Source: Candidatus Uhrbacteria bacterium (GTDB lineage: Bacteria; Patescibacteriota; Patescibacteriia; UBA9934; GWF2-40-263). Taken from it: a stretch of DNA of 64,000 bases. The stretch lies in contig JAPLZK010000003.1 of the NCBI GenBank assembly GCA_026395055.1, forward strand, positions 99,855 through 163,854, given 5' to 3'. Positions within the stretch are counted from its first letter, which is position 1, and each line of letters begins with the position of its first letter. Positions 37,271-45,944 of the stretch are shown in pieces. The notes under the pieces are model-generated. The model did no database searches. It was not told the origin of the DNA and was given only the letters and a program-made list of their open reading frames with translations. The position numbers and the translations under genes were made by a program.

Positions 37271-37831
37271 ATGAACTACGCAGATATAGCGCTCATTATT
37301 ATCGTTGGAAGTTTTGTTGCGGGCGGAGTTTGGTATGGATTGTTTCGTTCCCTTGGATCCTTAGTTGGAACCATCGTTGCAGCAATTTTTACCGGGAGTG
37401 TCATTGACTTCATGACACACAAGTTCGGATTTTTATTTGGAGGAGGGGAAATCGCACGTGTGGTCATTTATTTGATCGTGTTCATGATTATCTCCCGTTT
37501 GGTCGGCTTGGTGTTCTGGATTATAAGTAAGTTACTTGGAATTGTTCTCTGGATGCCGTTTCTTAAAACCATTGATCATCTTCTTGGTGGGCTCTTTGGA
37601 TTCATTGAAGGAATCATTGTTGTGGGATTTGTTTTGCTTTACGCATCGCACATCTTCTCGCCAGAGCTCATGCACAAGTTACTCATCGATCATTCCGCGT
37701 TTGCAAAATATGTTTTGCAAACCGTAACAACACTCGAATTATTCTTGCCAGACATCATCCGAAATTTCATTTTCAAATACGCGAACGTGACAACAGACAC
37801 CATTTCAAAAGGAATTCCAAAAATGCCCTAG
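37271..37831 (+). CDS. CvpA family membrane protein
   Basis: 4 TM helices, CvpA-like pattern and size. Confidence 0.55.
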   Translation: MNYADIALIIIVGSFVAGGVWYGLFRSLGSLVGTIVAAIFTGSVIDFMTHKFGFLFGGGEIARVVIYLIVFMIISRLVGLVFWIISKLLGIVLWMPFLKTIDHLLGGLFGFIEGIIVVGFVLLYASHIFSPELMHKLLIDHSAFAKYVLQTVTTLELFLPDIIRNFIFKYANVTTDTISKGIPKMP

Positions 37832-37832
37832 T

Positions 37833-38699
37833 ATGTTTGTAGACTCTCATTGCCATGTGCATTTTCGCGCGTATAAAGATGAACAAGACGAACTCATAAA
37901 AAAAACCCTAGAGAGTGGGGTTTTTATGGTTACGGTTGGAACAGACAAGGAAACAAGTTGTGAGGCAATCGAATGTGCAGAGAAATACAATGGTGTGTTT
38001 GCGACCATTGGATTGCATCCAGAGCACGTCATTGATCAAACGTTTTTTGACGAGAATGAATCTGCCGAACATCATCCAGCCGAAACATTTGATCCAGATT
38101 TTTATCGAACACTCGCAAAAAGCAAAAAGTGTGTTGCGATCGGCGAATGTGGACTCGATTATTATCGCATGCCAGAAGGGATCGATCGGGATGCGGCGAT
38201 CATAAAGCAAAAACAAACGGTACGCGCACACTTTGACTTGGCAGACGAACTCGGTCTCCCTGTTGTCGTCCATTGTCGAGATGCGTACGCCGATCAACTT
38301 GCAATTAATCAAGAATATTTGGACGCAGGAAAATTAAAACGTCGCGGAGTGATTCATTGCTTCGCGGGTACGCTTGAGAATGCGCGAGCGTTTATTGCGC
38401 AAGGGTTTTATTTGGGATTTACAGGTGTGATTACATTTCCCGCTCGAAAAACAGATGTTCTTGTTGATGGACTTACAGAGACACAACAAATTATTCGTGA
38501 AATGCCGATTGATCAAATGTTCATTGAAACAGATTCGCCGTATCTCACACCTATTCCATTTCGTGGAAAACGCAACGAACCATCGTATGTAAAATACGTT
38601 GCGCAAAAGATTGCAGAGATTCGTGGTGTCTCAATAGAAGAAATAGAACATGCAACAACAGACAATGCAAAACGCCTTTTTCGCTTGGCGATAGAATAA
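37833..38699 (+). CDS. tatD: TatD family metal-dependent hydrolase
   Basis: MFVDSHCHVHF start, HxH/E/H/H/D TIM-barrel metal ligands. Confidence 0.85.
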   Translation: MFVDSHCHVHFRAYKDEQDELIKKTLESGVFMVTVGTDKETSCEAIECAEKYNGVFATIGLHPEHVIDQTFFDENESAEHHPAETFDPDFYRTLAKSKKCVAIGECGLDYYRMPEGIDRDAAIIKQKQTVRAHFDLADELGLPVVVHCRDAYADQLAINQEYLDAGKLKRRGVIHCFAGTLENARAFIAQGFYLGFTGVITFPARKTDVLVDGLTETQQIIREMPIDQMFIETDSPYLTPIPFRGKRNEPSYVKYVAQKIAEIRGVSIEEIEHATTDNAKRLFRLAIE

Positions 38700-38702
38700 A
38701 AA

Positions 38703-38724
38703 AACTCGAGAATCTTCTCGAGTT
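38703..38724. terminator. hairpin terminator shared by tatD (+) and hypothetical gene (-)
   Basis: AACTCGAGA-ATCT-TCTCGAGTT with A6 on + side. Confidence 0.45.
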
Positions 38725-39616
38725 AGGGGCCGACGTAGTAACGGATGTAGTCGGTGGATTTTGGATCTGCGCCGTTTAGGAGGTCGTAGATGCATTTCTG
38801 AAGGAGGCTTCCGTGCGGTTTGAATTCAGGACCTGTACAACCTTCTTTCTGTTCACGCGCACGACGTTTCCATCCCTCAAAGTGTTGTTCGCCCCATTTG
38901 CGTGTATCGGGATCTTCATCATCGCACGCGGCAAAGGCTTCTTCCATTTTCTGTCGTATCATTTGATAGTATTCGTCCTTGTGGAGTCTTTGAATCCAAA
39001 TGGGAACATTCAGATTTTTGACTACAGGAGGAACATCGATCACGAGTGGCTCGAAAGGGGGAGGTATCTCAAGATCTGGTGAGGGGCCGTCTGTGTCCTT
39101 ATCCGCCATGGTGGTCTTTTTTTTGCCCCCCGTTTTTGCGGCAGCGAGCATACCTTCCAGATTGGCTGGATTCACGGCACGAATATAGGGAACACGTCCT
39201 TCGTCACGCTCAGCATCTGTTTGAGGTTTGGGTATGACCATTTCAGGAATACCTCTCTGTGCTGCCCTGAGGGCATCAATATTGATTGTTCCTCCGGCGG
39301 GTTTGGCGATTTCCATCGGAATTGGTGGAGGCTCGGCCTCGGCTTCCGGTGGTTCTTCCAGCTCTTCCATAGATTCACTCTCGGTCAAGTCCGCAAGGAG
39401 TGCTTTCTGGGCTGTATGATCGAGGCTGTCGACGTATAGTGAACGATCTTCCGCAAAGGTGCGGTATCGATTTACGGCACTTTCCGCAATACTCATGAAT
39501 TGTTGATCATCCAGAGCATCAATGTTTTGATTTGCTTGGAAAAGCTCGAGAGCCTCCTGGGTTGCAAGACTTGGGTCGTCTCCAAAGAGCTGATTATATG
39601 CTTCTGCGAGTTCCAT
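38723..39616 (-). CDS. hypothetical acidic, Pro-rich protein
   Basis: ORF to 39664 trimmed to MELAEAYNQ; EELEEPPEAEAEPPPIP tracts; no recognised domain; divergent from P1. Confidence 0.4.
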   Translation of the reverse strand: MELAEAYNQLFGDDPSLATQEALELFQANQNIDALDDQQFMSIAESAVNRYRTFAEDRSLYVDSLDHTAQKALLADLTESESMEELEEPPEAEAEPPPIPMEIAKPAGGTINIDALRAAQRGIPEMVIPKPQTDAERDEGRVPYIRAVNPANLEGMLAAAKTGGKKKTTMADKDTDGPSPDLEIPPPFEPLVIDVPPVVKNLNVPIWIQRLHKDEYYQMIRQKMEEAFAACDDEDPDTRKWGEQHFEGWKRRAREQKEGCTGPEFKPHGSLLQKCIYDLLNGADPKSTDYIRYYVGP

Positions 39617-39748
39617 GGAACCTCCTGTAGGTGTGTTTGAGAAGCTTGTGAATATAGCATGCAAAACTCATTTTGTCAACGAAAAGTGACAGGTATTTGG
39701 AAATAATCATTCTGCTCTTTATTTGTCAGGACTTTACATCAATTTTTT

Positions 39749-39852
39749 TGCTAAAATGTCTTGACATTCTTTGAAATTCTTGTTAGTTTACCTCCTCAAA
39801 GTGGCAACGGTGTCGCGGAGAGAAGAGGGTTTTTTCGAGCGAGATCTCTCGC
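39749..39852 (+). promoter_or_regulatory. AT-rich control region of P1: TGCTAAAAT extended -10, TTGACA box and 14-bp palindrome GCGAGATCTCTCGC before SD GAGG
   Basis: 250-bp AT-rich intergenic; palindrome ends ~15 bp before ATG 39868. Confidence 0.35.
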
Positions 39853-39867
39853 TTGCGAGGTTAGACG

Positions 39868-41397
39868 ATGAGTCGTTTGAGCAAATTGCTTGCGGATCTT
39901 GGCATGAACATTCCGATCGTTGATGAAACGACGGGTACGAGTTCGAATACGGGCACGGCGCTTGCCATGCCACAGAAGAACGCTGCCGCAAAGCGCGTCA
40001 TTGACGAAGGGGTCGACATGGCCTCAATAGTATACGCGGACCTCCCTCCGGAGGTGGCGCGTAGCCGCATGCGCGAACGTCTCGTCGAAGTCGGCGAAAT
40101 GGTGATCTTCCCAATCGACTTCACTGCGGGTGTTGTGGAGAAGGAAGATGGTAGCCCGGATCTGAAGATCTATGCCACCATGAACATTCCGGGCGTTGGG
40201 CACGTGGAAGTGCAGCCGCTCATCACGCTTGGCGTGAATTACATCGGTCAGACGAAGGAAGGCAAGTTCCGGACGTTGCAAACGTTCCAGTGCTTGGTCT
40301 TCCGGCCGAGGTTCGTGGATCCGAAGAAGCCGAAGGAAAATCCGTACAAGGCGTTTCCGATCAACTTCCTCAGTCCGAGTGTCCTCGACACCTGGAATTT
40401 CATTGCGACCCAGATGCCGAGCCTGAATTGGCCAACGATTGATCACATTCCGAATACTCTCCGCAAGGCGGGAACGCGGACGCTCACGTTTGCGCCACGG
40501 TGTCTGAAGACGTTGTCGTTCACGAATGACAAGCGTGTGAAGCGCAAGGGTCAGTGGGTGAATGAGCCTGTGACGGATTCGTTCCGGATCGTGGGTTACC
40601 TCTTTGGCCAGATGCTGAAGTTGCACGCGTTGTCGGATGAACCGGTCACTCCCGCGCTCGACGCAGATGGAAAGCAGCGTGAGAACAAGGAAGGCTATCA
40701 GCTGGTCGAGCTCGATCGGCGGGAATACGTCTGGAGCGTGAAGCTTGGCGAAGGTTCGCTCGAGTTGTCGCTCATTGATCTCGCGGAGAACTACAAGGGT
40801 GACGCGCGCGTTCCGATCGTGGAAGTGCGCAATGAAATGGATCCGTTCGCGGTCCTTGGCACGACGCCGCTCAAGATGGACATCAATACGGTTGGTGATC
40901 TCACGCGTGCGTGGGTCATGCGTGTGTACGATGAAACGAATCCGCTGTACGTGTATGCACGTGACGCGGGTCTCGTGAACATTCAGGACTCGCAGGAGAC
41001 CATGCGGCCGATCATCGAAGATCTCGGCCGTACGGCTGTGGAAAAGGGAATTGAGGATATGAAGGCGACCTACGCCGAAGTTACCTCGCGTCTCTCGACC
41101 GCATCGGACAAGCCGAGTATTGAGGAAGTGTTGAATGGGCGCCTGCTCAAGGCGATCCTGTTTCGCATGAACAAGGACGATGCTGCGGCTACGTGGATTG
41201 ATTCCAAGATCGAAGGCAGCTTTGATCCGAAGAGTCCGTTCCACATGGCAGTACGTCGGTACGTGATCGAGATGATCGCGACGAAAGCGAATTACAAGGA
41301 TCCGGAGCCGAAGAAGCCCGAAGCTCCGAAACCTCCTGTGGTCGAAGCGGCAGTTCTGCCTCCTACGACCGAGAACGCGGCGACTCCGCCTGCGTAA
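39868..41397 (+). CDS. large conserved hypothetical protein P1 (paralog of 41519..43300)
   Basis: 509 aa; shared blocks with P2 (QCLVF...KAFP, NPLY, QTM..I.EDL, FDPKSP); Pro-rich C-terminal tail; no enzymatic motif recognised. Confidence 0.55.
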   Translation: MSRLSKLLADLGMNIPIVDETTGTSSNTGTALAMPQKNAAAKRVIDEGVDMASIVYADLPPEVARSRMRERLVEVGEMVIFPIDFTAGVVEKEDGSPDLKIYATMNIPGVGHVEVQPLITLGVNYIGQTKEGKFRTLQTFQCLVFRPRFVDPKKPKENPYKAFPINFLSPSVLDTWNFIATQMPSLNWPTIDHIPNTLRKAGTRTLTFAPRCLKTLSFTNDKRVKRKGQWVNEPVTDSFRIVGYLFGQMLKLHALSDEPVTPALDADGKQRENKEGYQLVELDRREYVWSVKLGEGSLELSLIDLAENYKGDARVPIVEVRNEMDPFAVLGTTPLKMDINTVGDLTRAWVMRVYDETNPLYVYARDAGLVNIQDSQETMRPIIEDLGRTAVEKGIEDMKATYAEVTSRLSTASDKPSIEEVLNGRLLKAILFRMNKDDAAATWIDSKIEGSFDPKSPFHMAVRRYVIEMIATKANYKDPEPKKPEAPKPPVVEAAVLPPTTENAATPPA

Positions 41398-41408
41398 GCA
41401 CATCTCTT

Positions 41409-41434
41409 ACTGATCCTAACCAGGTCAGTTTTTT
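41409..41434 (+). terminator. intrinsic terminator of P1
   Basis: CTGATCCT..AGGTCAG hairpin followed by TTTTTTGTTTTG. Confidence 0.45.
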
Positions 41435-41486
41435 GTTTTGTTCGACAACATCTTTTGAAGCCTCGGTGAAGAAGGATACAAACAAA

Positions 41487-41511
41487 GAAAAAACCGATCA
41501 AGTTGATCGGT
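41487..41511 (-). terminator. intrinsic terminator of P2 (minus strand)
   Basis: ACCGATCA-AGT-TGATCGGT preceded by A6 on + side. Confidence 0.45.
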
Positions 41512-41518
41512 TCGAGCG

Positions 41519-43300
41519 TTATTGTTTGTCTGTCCTGTATGCAACTTTGTATTCACCTCTATTCAGGATGGATCCGTGGTTCACACGCATGGGTGGGCCC
41601 GGATCATCCTCTCCTGCGGGTGGAATGACGCCATTCATTCCTGTCGGATCCCAAACGGTTGGATCAACGAATGGCAGTTCTTCATCGACGATGAGATCGA
41701 CGGTCGTCGCTTCTGCTTCGATGAACTCTTCGAGGTCATCGTCGCCCAAAATGATTTCTTCGTCGGCTGTATGCGGAACCGCTGTAGGTTTTGGCATTGG
41801 GACAAATGCATCGCTTGCGCGAAACGCCGGAGAACTTGATTCGCGATGACTCACGGGAAGTGAGGAGATCGGAATCTGTTTTGGAACGGGGGTGAGCTCT
41901 GGAATCAGGATGCTGACTTGAGAGATTTCTGGAATGGGTGGCGGTGTTACTCGTCCATACGAATTGATGAGCCATGAACGCAAGTGCATGAGCAGCGGAC
42001 TTTTTGGATCAAAGGGCATGTCGAGGACACGACTGATCCAAAGAGACGCAGCGTCTTCTGGTTGATTCATGCGCAGTGCGGCAACACGAATGTCTCTTCC
42101 GCCGAGCATGGCTTCTGCTGTTGGCTTATTTGGCGCAATCGTGAGCATGCGAATCATTTGAACAGAGGCTGCGGAGATTTGCAGTTTGATCTGTTTGATC
42201 GCGTCGAGCATCAGATCTTCAAGGATGGCATGCATGGTCTGCTGCGGATCACTCGGAAAGATCAGTTTCATTTCGATACCCGCAAGATACAACGGGTTTC
42301 GATGATCGAACGCTCGATTGAGATAGCCTCGCGCCGTTTGATCGATCGTTTTCCAATCAACCTTGAGCGGCGAGGTGTTGAGAACGGCGTATGGGTTGAT
42401 TGCGTCATGTACATCAAGAACGGCAAGACGCTGGTCTATTTTGACTTTGCCCTCTGGACCAAGCCAAAACACTTCAAGTGGACCTTCATTCAGTTTCACG
42501 CGGAAGATGTGTTTTGAAACGAATCGTTTTTCTCCATCCACGTCATCCGGTTCCGGAATTTGTGATTTGGAAGAGAGAAACAGCTTTTGTCCAAAGCGTG
42601 TTCCAATCAAGAGGCGTTTGCGAGATCCTCGTTCACGCTTGAACAATGGATCAAACGTTGGAATGAATTCAACAACGCGAACGCCGGGGCGCATCAAATT
42701 GTTGCGGATCACTTCAATGAGTGGCCAAAGCTCGTCTTTGTTTTTCGTAACGGCATTGCGACGTTTTGCAACGTCGTTCCAAACGTGAATTGTGCTTGGA
42801 TCCGCAAGTCCGAGCGGGAACGCTTTGAATGGCCCGGTCTTTGTGTTCGATTTGAAGACAAGACACTGGATGGAACCACCGCTTGTGTATTTCCCATTTT
42901 CGATCGCAATCAAATATTCGGGTCCGACATAGATGAGCGGAACGATTTCTTGTTCCGCGTCATAGCCGGGAAGGGTCGCTTTCGCGAATACGTGAACGTC
43001 CCCATTCGGTTGTTCACGACCTTCGAAGATGAGATTGGCAATATGTGCTCGACCATTCAATTCTCGCACAAGGCGTGCGCGCATGTCTGATCGTGCAGCT
43101 TCACGATTCGGATTTGGATCCACGAGTGCGGCGCGATTGATCGCGTCTGCGATCAATCGATTCGCTCCCGGAACACTGTCTGGGATCGCGGGAAGGTAAG
43201 CGCTTTTTCGGCCAGACAATTCTGGACTGATTTCCTGCACGTGCGGGATCGAAAGCCCGAGTTCGAGCAGGGTGACAGCGCTCAGCTGCGTCTCATCCAT
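41519..43300 (-). CDS. large conserved hypothetical protein P2 (paralog of P1) with long Pro/acidic C-terminal tail
   Basis: 593 aa; ~25% identity to P1 over ~450 aa; convergent orientation. Confidence 0.55.
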   Translation of the reverse strand: MDETQLSAVTLLELGLSIPHVQEISPELSGRKSAYLPAIPDSVPGANRLIADAINRAALVDPNPNREAARSDMRARLVRELNGRAHIANLIFEGREQPNGDVHVFAKATLPGYDAEQEIVPLIYVGPEYLIAIENGKYTSGGSIQCLVFKSNTKTGPFKAFPLGLADPSTIHVWNDVAKRRNAVTKNKDELWPLIEVIRNNLMRPGVRVVEFIPTFDPLFKRERGSRKRLLIGTRFGQKLFLSSKSQIPEPDDVDGEKRFVSKHIFRVKLNEGPLEVFWLGPEGKVKIDQRLAVLDVHDAINPYAVLNTSPLKVDWKTIDQTARGYLNRAFDHRNPLYLAGIEMKLIFPSDPQQTMHAILEDLMLDAIKQIKLQISAASVQMIRMLTIAPNKPTAEAMLGGRDIRVAALRMNQPEDAASLWISRVLDMPFDPKSPLLMHLRSWLINSYGRVTPPPIPEISQVSILIPELTPVPKQIPISSLPVSHRESSSPAFRASDAFVPMPKPTAVPHTADEEIILGDDDLEEFIEAEATTVDLIVDEELPFVDPTVWDPTGMNGVIPPAGEDDPGPPMRVNHGSILNRGEYKVAYRTDKQ

Positions 43301-43396
43301 CCGTTCCTCCTGTCTGATCTTTGGGTCTTCAATACACAGCGCATTGAAGGACAGAGGTTATCATACGATAATTCGGGGGTCAATTCAAAAAAACGA

Positions 43397-43425
43397 TTGA
43401 CCTCTTTTCAAAAAACCTATACACT
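43397..43425 (+). promoter_or_regulatory. candidate promoter of atp operon (TTGACC-17-TACACT)
   Basis: located 14-40 bp upstream of atpZ start. Confidence 0.4.
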
Positions 43426-43438
43426 ATCGGCGTCTTTT

Positions 43439-43678
43439 ATGAATACAGATGCGGCGTATTATCGCCTTGCGCTCCGAATCTTTGCCGACTTTAGCGGATC
43501 CATCGCGGTTCCGGCCGTTTTGGCCGCATTACTCGGTAAATGGCTAGATGATAAGCAGCAGACCGGCCCTAGATTTCTCATCCTTTTTCTTTTATTGGCG
43601 TTGTTGATGACGGCTTGGATGATCGTGAAGAAGGCAAAGAAGTACCAAAAAGCGTATGACGCTTTAAATAAAACGTAG
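43439..43678 (+). CDS. atpZ: AtpZ/AtpI-like small membrane protein of ATP synthase operon
   Basis: ORF 43241 trimmed to MNTDAAYY; 79 aa, 2 TM, first gene of operon. Confidence 0.45.
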   Translation: MNTDAAYYRLALRIFADFSGSIAVPAVLAALLGKWLDDKQQTGPRFLILFLLLALLMTAWMIVKKAKKYQKAYDALNKT

Positions 43679-43681
43679 ACT

Positions 43682-44521
43682 ATGCAATTTTCCATTCCTC
43701 CTGCTGCCGCTGAAACAATTTTCCATCTCGGGGGGTTTTCTGTTACAAATACCATTATCAACAGCTGGATTGCTGTTGTTTTTTTTGTCATCATCGTCAT
43801 GTTGCTTAACCGCAAGCAAACACGTGTTCCAAAAGGATTGCGCAACATTGCAGAAGGGTTAGTTGAGTTCATGCTCGCAGAAATTCAAAAAGTTACAGGA
43901 GATGCAAAGCGCTCACGACAGTTTTTGCCGATCGTGGGAACAATCTTCTTGTTTATTTTATTTTCAAACTGGATCGGACTTTTCCCTGGAGTTGGTTCCA
44001 TCGGAGTGTGGGAAATAAAAGAGGGGACAAAGGAATTTATTCCCTTGTTACGTTCTGCCGCATCTGATTTGAACTTAACGCTCGCGATTGCCGCTTTTGC
44101 TGTTTTTACGTCGCACTTCATTGGTTTGCGGTCCGTTGGGCTTGTGAATCACTTCAGCAAATTCTTTAACATTCGTGGAATTTGGCGTTCGCTTAAGAAA
44201 GGACCGATCGCCATCATTGTTGCGGTGATTGAATTTGGTGTTGGACTCATTGAAATCGTAAGTGAGCTCGCAAAAGTTGTTTCACTTTCTCTTCGTTTAT
44301 TCGGAAATGTCTTTGCGGGAGAAGTGCTCATGACCGTGATGCTCGGATTGTTTTCCTATTTCCTTCCAATTCCATTCATCTTTCTTGAAATTCTTGTTGG
44401 TGTTGTTCAAGCAACCGTCTTTGCCATGCTTACGCTTGCGTATCTCACGGTTGCAACAACTTCGCATGAAGAGCATGAAGAAGAACATCATGAACCAGAT
44501 CACGTCCGTGCCCACGCATAG
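43682..44521 (+). CDS. atpB: F0F1 ATP synthase subunit a
   Basis: RLFGNVFAGE motif with conserved Arg, 5-6 TM. Confidence 0.9.
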   Translation: MQFSIPPAAAETIFHLGGFSVTNTIINSWIAVVFFVIIVMLLNRKQTRVPKGLRNIAEGLVEFMLAEIQKVTGDAKRSRQFLPIVGTIFLFILFSNWIGLFPGVGSIGVWEIKEGTKEFIPLLRSAASDLNLTLAIAAFAVFTSHFIGLRSVGLVNHFSKFFNIRGIWRSLKKGPIAIIVAVIEFGVGLIEIVSELAKVVSLSLRLFGNVFAGEVLMTVMLGLFSYFLPIPFIFLEILVGVVQATVFAMLTLAYLTVATTSHEEHEEEHHEPDHVRAHA

Positions 44522-44613
44522 GTTCGCGCAGGGCGTTGCTCCTCGAGATTCTCGACGATCAACGTTCATCGCGAAACGATGGAATCAATTTATTTATTCT
44601 TAAGGAAACTTTT

Positions 44614-44832
44614 ATGGACGCAGCAAGCATCATTGCCCTTGCAAAAGGACTTACGATTGCGATCGGCGGATTTGGTCCAGCGATCGGAATTGGTTTAATT
44701 GGATTTAAAGCGATGGAAGCGATTGGTCGCAATCCAGAAGCTGCAGGAAAATTGTTCGTGCCAATGCTTCTTGGAATGGCCTTCGCAGAAGCCGTTGCTA
44801 TTTACGCCCTCGTTGTTTCGTTTACCCTTTAA
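44614..44832 (+). CDS. atpE: F0F1 ATP synthase subunit c
   Basis: ORF 44536 trimmed to MDAAS; hairpin GRNPEA loop, carboxylate E in helix 2 (AEAVAIY); no Na+ Q/ES/T signature. Confidence 0.9.
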   Translation: MDAASIIALAKGLTIAIGGFGPAIGIGLIGFKAMEAIGRNPEAAGKLFVPMLLGMAFAEAVAIYALVVSFTL

Positions 44833-44889
44833 ACGACGCATCACGACAGGTTGTCGAGATTCGACGACCTTTGTGAGTTGTTGTTTCGT

Positions 44890-44986
44890 GAGGGGTAAGG
44901 GGCTAGAGGCAAGGGACTAGATTGAAATAATTTTCGTTCTTGTACCACCCTTTGTCTCGTCCCTCGCCCCTTGCCCCTAACCCCTT
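44890..44986. repeat. long imperfect G-rich/C-rich inverted repeat in atpE-atpF intergenic spacer
   Basis: left arm GAGGGGTAAGGGGCTAGAGGCAAGGGAC, right arm GTCCCTCGCCCCTTGCCCCTAACCCCTT (23/28 complementary), ~40-nt loop. Confidence 0.45.
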
Positions 44987-44992
44987 TTCTAT

Positions 44993-45499
44993 ATGTCAGA
45001 ACCTACAGGTGGCATCGCCACACTCGGAATCAATGTGAATATTTTTATCGCGCAGCTCGTCAACTTTCTTGTTGTCTTGCTTGTGCTTTGGAAATTTGCG
45101 TACAAGCCACTCGTCAAAATTTTGGATGATCGATCACAAAAAATTGAAGACAGCCTGAAGCAATCTGATGCGGTTGAGCTTCGTGTGAAACAACTTGAGG
45201 TTGAGCAAAAACAAATTATTGCAACGGCAAAAGGTGAAGCCATGCAAATTCTCGAAACAGCAAAAGCAGATGCAGATGTTCGTAAGCAAGAATTGCTTGC
45301 AGCGGCAAAGAAAGAGGTTGAGCGCGTCGTTGCTCAAGGCAAAGAACAACTTCAGGCAGAGAAAGCACAAATGCTTCATGAAGCAAAAGCAGAACTCGTG
45401 AATATGGCGGTTAGCGCTACAAAGAAAATTCTTGAATCAGAGGTTGATGAAAAAGCATCACATAAGATTGCGACAGACGTTATTCAAAAAATGTCCTAG
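44993..45499 (+). CDS. atpF: F0F1 ATP synthase subunit b
   Basis: N-terminal TM then long coiled-coil (KQLEVEQKQ...). Confidence 0.8.
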   Translation: MSEPTGGIATLGINVNIFIAQLVNFLVVLLVLWKFAYKPLVKILDDRSQKIEDSLKQSDAVELRVKQLEVEQKQIIATAKGEAMQILETAKADADVRKQELLAAAKKEVERVVAQGKEQLQAEKAQMLHEAKAELVNMAVSATKKILESEVDEKASHKIATDVIQKMS

Positions 45500-45503
45500 G
45501 CGT

Positions 45504-45887
45504 ATGAACGTTTCACCTAAACAATTAGCACGCCTGTTCGTTGAATCTGTCGAAGACGCTTCAGAGAAGCATCTCGAAGAAGCCGCGACAGAATTGATTA
45601 CGTGGCTTCACGCTCGTGGTGAGTTGAAGAAGCTGAAGGACGTCATTCGCTCCATTGATCAAATTTGGAAAGAAAAACATGGAATGGCAACGCTTACGAT
45701 TGAAACTGCGCATCCACTTACAAAAACAATGAAAGACGCACTCACGAGTCTTGCGGCTGGCGCAGAGGTTCGAGAGGTTGTTGATCCGACATTGATTGGT
45801 GGCGCAAGACTTCGCATCGACGAGCGCATTATTGACGGATCCTTGAAAGGCGCCCTTGAACAACTTACACAAAAACTTTCACGATAA
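45504..45887 (+). CDS. atpH: F0F1 ATP synthase subunit delta (short, 127 aa)
   Basis: ORF 45432 trimmed to MNVSPKQ; OSCP-like C-terminal GGARLRIDERIIDGSLKG. Confidence 0.65.
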   Translation: MNVSPKQLARLFVESVEDASEKHLEEAATELITWLHARGELKKLKDVIRSIDQIWKEKHGMATLTIETAHPLTKTMKDALTSLAAGAEVREVVDPTLIGGARLRIDERIIDGSLKGALEQLTQKLSR

Positions 45888-45896
45888 TTTTACAAC

Positions 45897-45940
45897 GCGA
45901 GAAAAGATTGCTTCGTCGATGACTCCTCGCAATGACAAAA
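45897..45940. repeat. intergenic repeat AAAGATTGCTTCGTCG..ACTCCTCGCAATGACAA before atpA
   Basis: near-identical copy before atpG (47497..47541). Confidence 0.4.
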
Positions 45941-45944
45941 CTTT

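Noticed and set aside
40024-41403. 459-aa minus-strand ORF antisense to P1
   Set aside because: Arg-rich (RRRSRRVLGRRRQ...), a typical antisense read-through of a GC-rich gene; P1 on the + strand has a paralog (P2) supporting its frame.
44614-44832. Possible Na+-coupled c-subunit
   Set aside because: Helix 1 lacks the conserved Gln (GPAIGIGLIGF) and helix 2 reads AEAVAIY without the E-S/T signature; looks H+-type.
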